Below are positions 62,053 to 64,000 of a stretch of DNA of 64,000 nucleotides, piece by piece. Below the pieces are notes generated by a model. That model was not told the origin of the DNA. It ran no database searches and was given only the letters and a program-made list of their open reading frames with translations. Source of the stretch: an uncultured bacterium (GTDB lineage Bacteria; Desulfobacterota_D; UBA1144; Nemesobacterales; UBA2774); NCBI GenBank assembly GCA_963705505.1, contig CAVPJU010000005.1, positions 1 to 64,000 on the forward strand, given 5' to 3'. How positions within the stretch are numbered: position 1 is the first letter of the stretch; every line of letters starts with the position of its first letter. The position numbers and the translations under genes are program-made.

Positions 62053-63306
62053 GTGATGACCGACGACCGGAATACCGGCTTTCTTCAAATACTCCCTCTC
62101 TACTTCGTAATATTCATCGGGTTCGTCGGGTACAGCCTGATGATAACCATCCTCACGCCGGTGACACTGGACAACAGCGGCGGTATTCTCGACACGCTGC
62201 CTTTCAAGGCGGACAGAACGATCATACTGGGAGTTCTGCTCGCTCTATACCCGCTCGGGCAATTCGCGGGCTCGCCCGTAATGGGAGCGATGTCCGACAG
62301 GCTCGGGAGAAGGCCGATTCTGCTCGTCTCTCTCTTCGTCATCGCTATCTGCTACGCTCTATTCGCGTACTGTCTTCAGATAAGGAACATGCCGATGCTT
62401 ATGATCATATCGGTCATAATGGGGCTTGCCGACGCGGACATCGTGACGGCTCAGAGCGCAATTGCCGACGTGAGCACGGAGGAGAACAGAAGCAGGCTCT
62501 TCGGGTACGTATATCTGAGCGCGAGCAGCGCGTACGTCGCGGGACCTCTCATCGGGGGGAAGCTCGCCGACCCTCATATTGTCCCGTGGTTCGATTACGC
62601 AACACCGTACTGGGCGGTGTTCATCCTCCTTATTATCTCTATCGTGTTTACATATTTCCTGTTCAGGGAGACGCGCATACCCCAGGAGGGGGCAAAGACG
62701 AGCTATTTCGAAGCGTTCACGAACATGCTGACTATATTCACAGCCGGGCGCATAAGGATCATATACCTCGTGAATTTTCTCATTTACTTTTCCATATTCG
62801 GTTTTTTCCGGGCCTATCCTATGTACCTCGTCGACCGTTATCAGATGGGTGTGGCGGGGGTATCCGACTTCATCGCATGGGTCGCCGTGCCGATAGTGCT
62901 CGCAAACCTTTGGATCACCGGGTACCTGGCGAAGCGGTTCTCCGCGAGGACGGTAACCATATATTCGACCCTGCTCTTCGGGATACTCATGAGCGCCATT
63001 GTCGTGCCCGCGCATGAAGGGGCGCTCTGGGTGACGCTCTTTTTACCGGGACTCGCCCTCGCCGTAGCGCTGCCCGCCTGCGCCTCGATGCTGTCGCTCA
63101 TGGTGAGCGCGGATGAGCAGGGAGGAGTGCTCGGAAATAACCAGTCGCTGCAGGTCGGGGCCGAGGCCCTTTCGGGTCTCGCCGCCGGACTGCTCGCGGC
63201 GATCGCATTCAAGCTGCCGCTTATCGCGCTCGCCGGGGTAGCGATGCTCGCGGCTCTGATTCTCGCGGCGGTGGGGAGGGGGAAGACAGATGAGAACGAG
63301 AGCTGA
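62053..63306 (+). CDS. MFS transporter (TetA-like)
   Basis: GAMSDRLGRRPIL, AIADVS, GPLIGG. Confidence 0.92.
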   Translation: MMTDDRNTGFLQILPLYFVIFIGFVGYSLMITILTPVTLDNSGGILDTLPFKADRTIILGVLLALYPLGQFAGSPVMGAMSDRLGRRPILLVSLFVIAICYALFAYCLQIRNMPMLMIISVIMGLADADIVTAQSAIADVSTEENRSRLFGYVYLSASSAYVAGPLIGGKLADPHIVPWFDYATPYWAVFILLIISIVFTYFLFRETRIPQEGAKTSYFEAFTNMLTIFTAGRIRIIYLVNFLIYFSIFGFFRAYPMYLVDRYQMGVAGVSDFIAWVAVPIVLANLWITGYLAKRFSARTVTIYSTLLFGILMSAIVVPAHEGALWVTLFLPGLALAVALPACASMLSLMVSADEQGGVLGNNQSLQVGAEALSGLAAGLLAAIAFKLPLIALAGVAMLAALILAAVGRGKTDENES

Positions 63307-63596
63307 ATAGGTTTGGTATCATTCACTGAACTGGTTCGGAATGCCTGAATAAATGAATGAAATGTAACACCCCCATCCTCGCCTTCCCCCTTTTTATGGG
63401 GAAGGAATAATAGGGTAACGCGGCTTGAAGCCGCTCCTATAGTGGAAATAGAGATTCCGGGTCGAGCCCGGAGTGACAAATACCTACGTCCTTCGACAGG
63501 CTCGGGACGAACGGGTTTGGTTCCTGCTTTTTTAGTTAACGCCACACCTTCTATAATGCTCATGGAGGGTCAGTGATTAATCGCAATATGTTTCTC

Positions 63597-63631
63597 TTGA
63601 TTATTACGGTATTTCTGCTATAGTAGAAATA
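63597..63631 (+). promoter_or_regulatory. Promoter with overlapping palindromic operator; likely leaderless transcript
   Basis: TTGATT-16 nt-TATAGT; TATTTCTGCTATAGTAGAAATA near-palindrome at 63610-63631. Confidence 0.6.
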
Positions 63632-63978
63632 TGAAACTAAAACGTCAGAGAAAAAGCGTGGCTCACCTCGCGGACATGATTTCGGCGATGGGGAACGAGC
63701 AGAGGCTAATGATAATGAGGCTCCTCCTCGCGTCACACCCGGAGGGGATGGTCGTGGGGGATATACAGTCGGAGCTCGGGATACCGGGCTCGACACTGTC
63801 GCACCATCTTGAGAAGCTCAAGATAGCGGGGCTCGTGAGTGTGAAGAGGGAGAGCCAGTTCCTCCGGTACAGGGCGGAAGCGCATGCTCTCGAAGAGCTG
63901 CTGACATTCCTGTTCTCCGAGTGCTGTACGCGGAGCTCGGTTATCAAACCGGAGACTTTTATTTCTTTTTGCAAATAG
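63631..63978 (+). CDS. ArsR/SmtB-family transcriptional regulator
   Basis: RLMIMRLL, STLSHHLEKL..AGLV, C-terminal ECC. Confidence 0.93.
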   Translation: MKLKRQRKSVAHLADMISAMGNEQRLMIMRLLLASHPEGMVVGDIQSELGIPGSTLSHHLEKLKIAGLVSVKRESQFLRYRAEAHALEELLTFLFSECCTRSSVIKPETFISFCK

Positions 63979-64000
63979 GAGATTGCGTCATGGTAAAACA

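Noticed and set aside
1..64000. Autonomous IS, prophage, rRNA or known riboswitch
   Set aside because: I recognised no transposase, integrase, RT, phage structural or rRNA signature by eye; a covariance-model scan was not possible.

Overview
Bacterial chromosomal DNA with GC-rich genes and AT-rich spacers. The IPTL-CTERM proteins and gene content resemble Candidatus Dadabacteria or related Desulfobacterota, but this is inference only. About 45 ordinary genes are present: a P460-type multiheme cytochrome, an ABC/HlyD/NodT exporter, an F420 LLM oxidoreductase, rimK with an M14 peptidase, a type III PKS cluster, corA, ppa, chrA, a baeRF1-like protein, a beta-lactamase-like hydrolase, an MFS transporter and an ArsR regulator. 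I saw no transposase, integrase, cas, rRNA or tRNA gene. The most striking signal is non-coding. Most intergenic regions (roughly 13-14 kb by my hand estimate) are built from a modular, strand-polarised repeat system. It comprises about 20 copies of a composite element (pseudoknot-capable hairpin plus a long covarying stem) and a family of ~88-95 nt structured cassettes (TAWTTTGG...GCGTCC-stem-TCGCTTGCTC-stem-GTT). The cassettes sit inside host hairpins and recursively inside each other, and empty, single, double and triple nested states all occur in this window. One element copy encloses an AbiEii toxin fragment and another is fused to a truncated phosphatase gene at the same breakpoint. Candidate structured RNAs lie upstream of a histone-like gene and at 44.2 and 47.2 kb. 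Several single-base frameshifts may be assembly errors.
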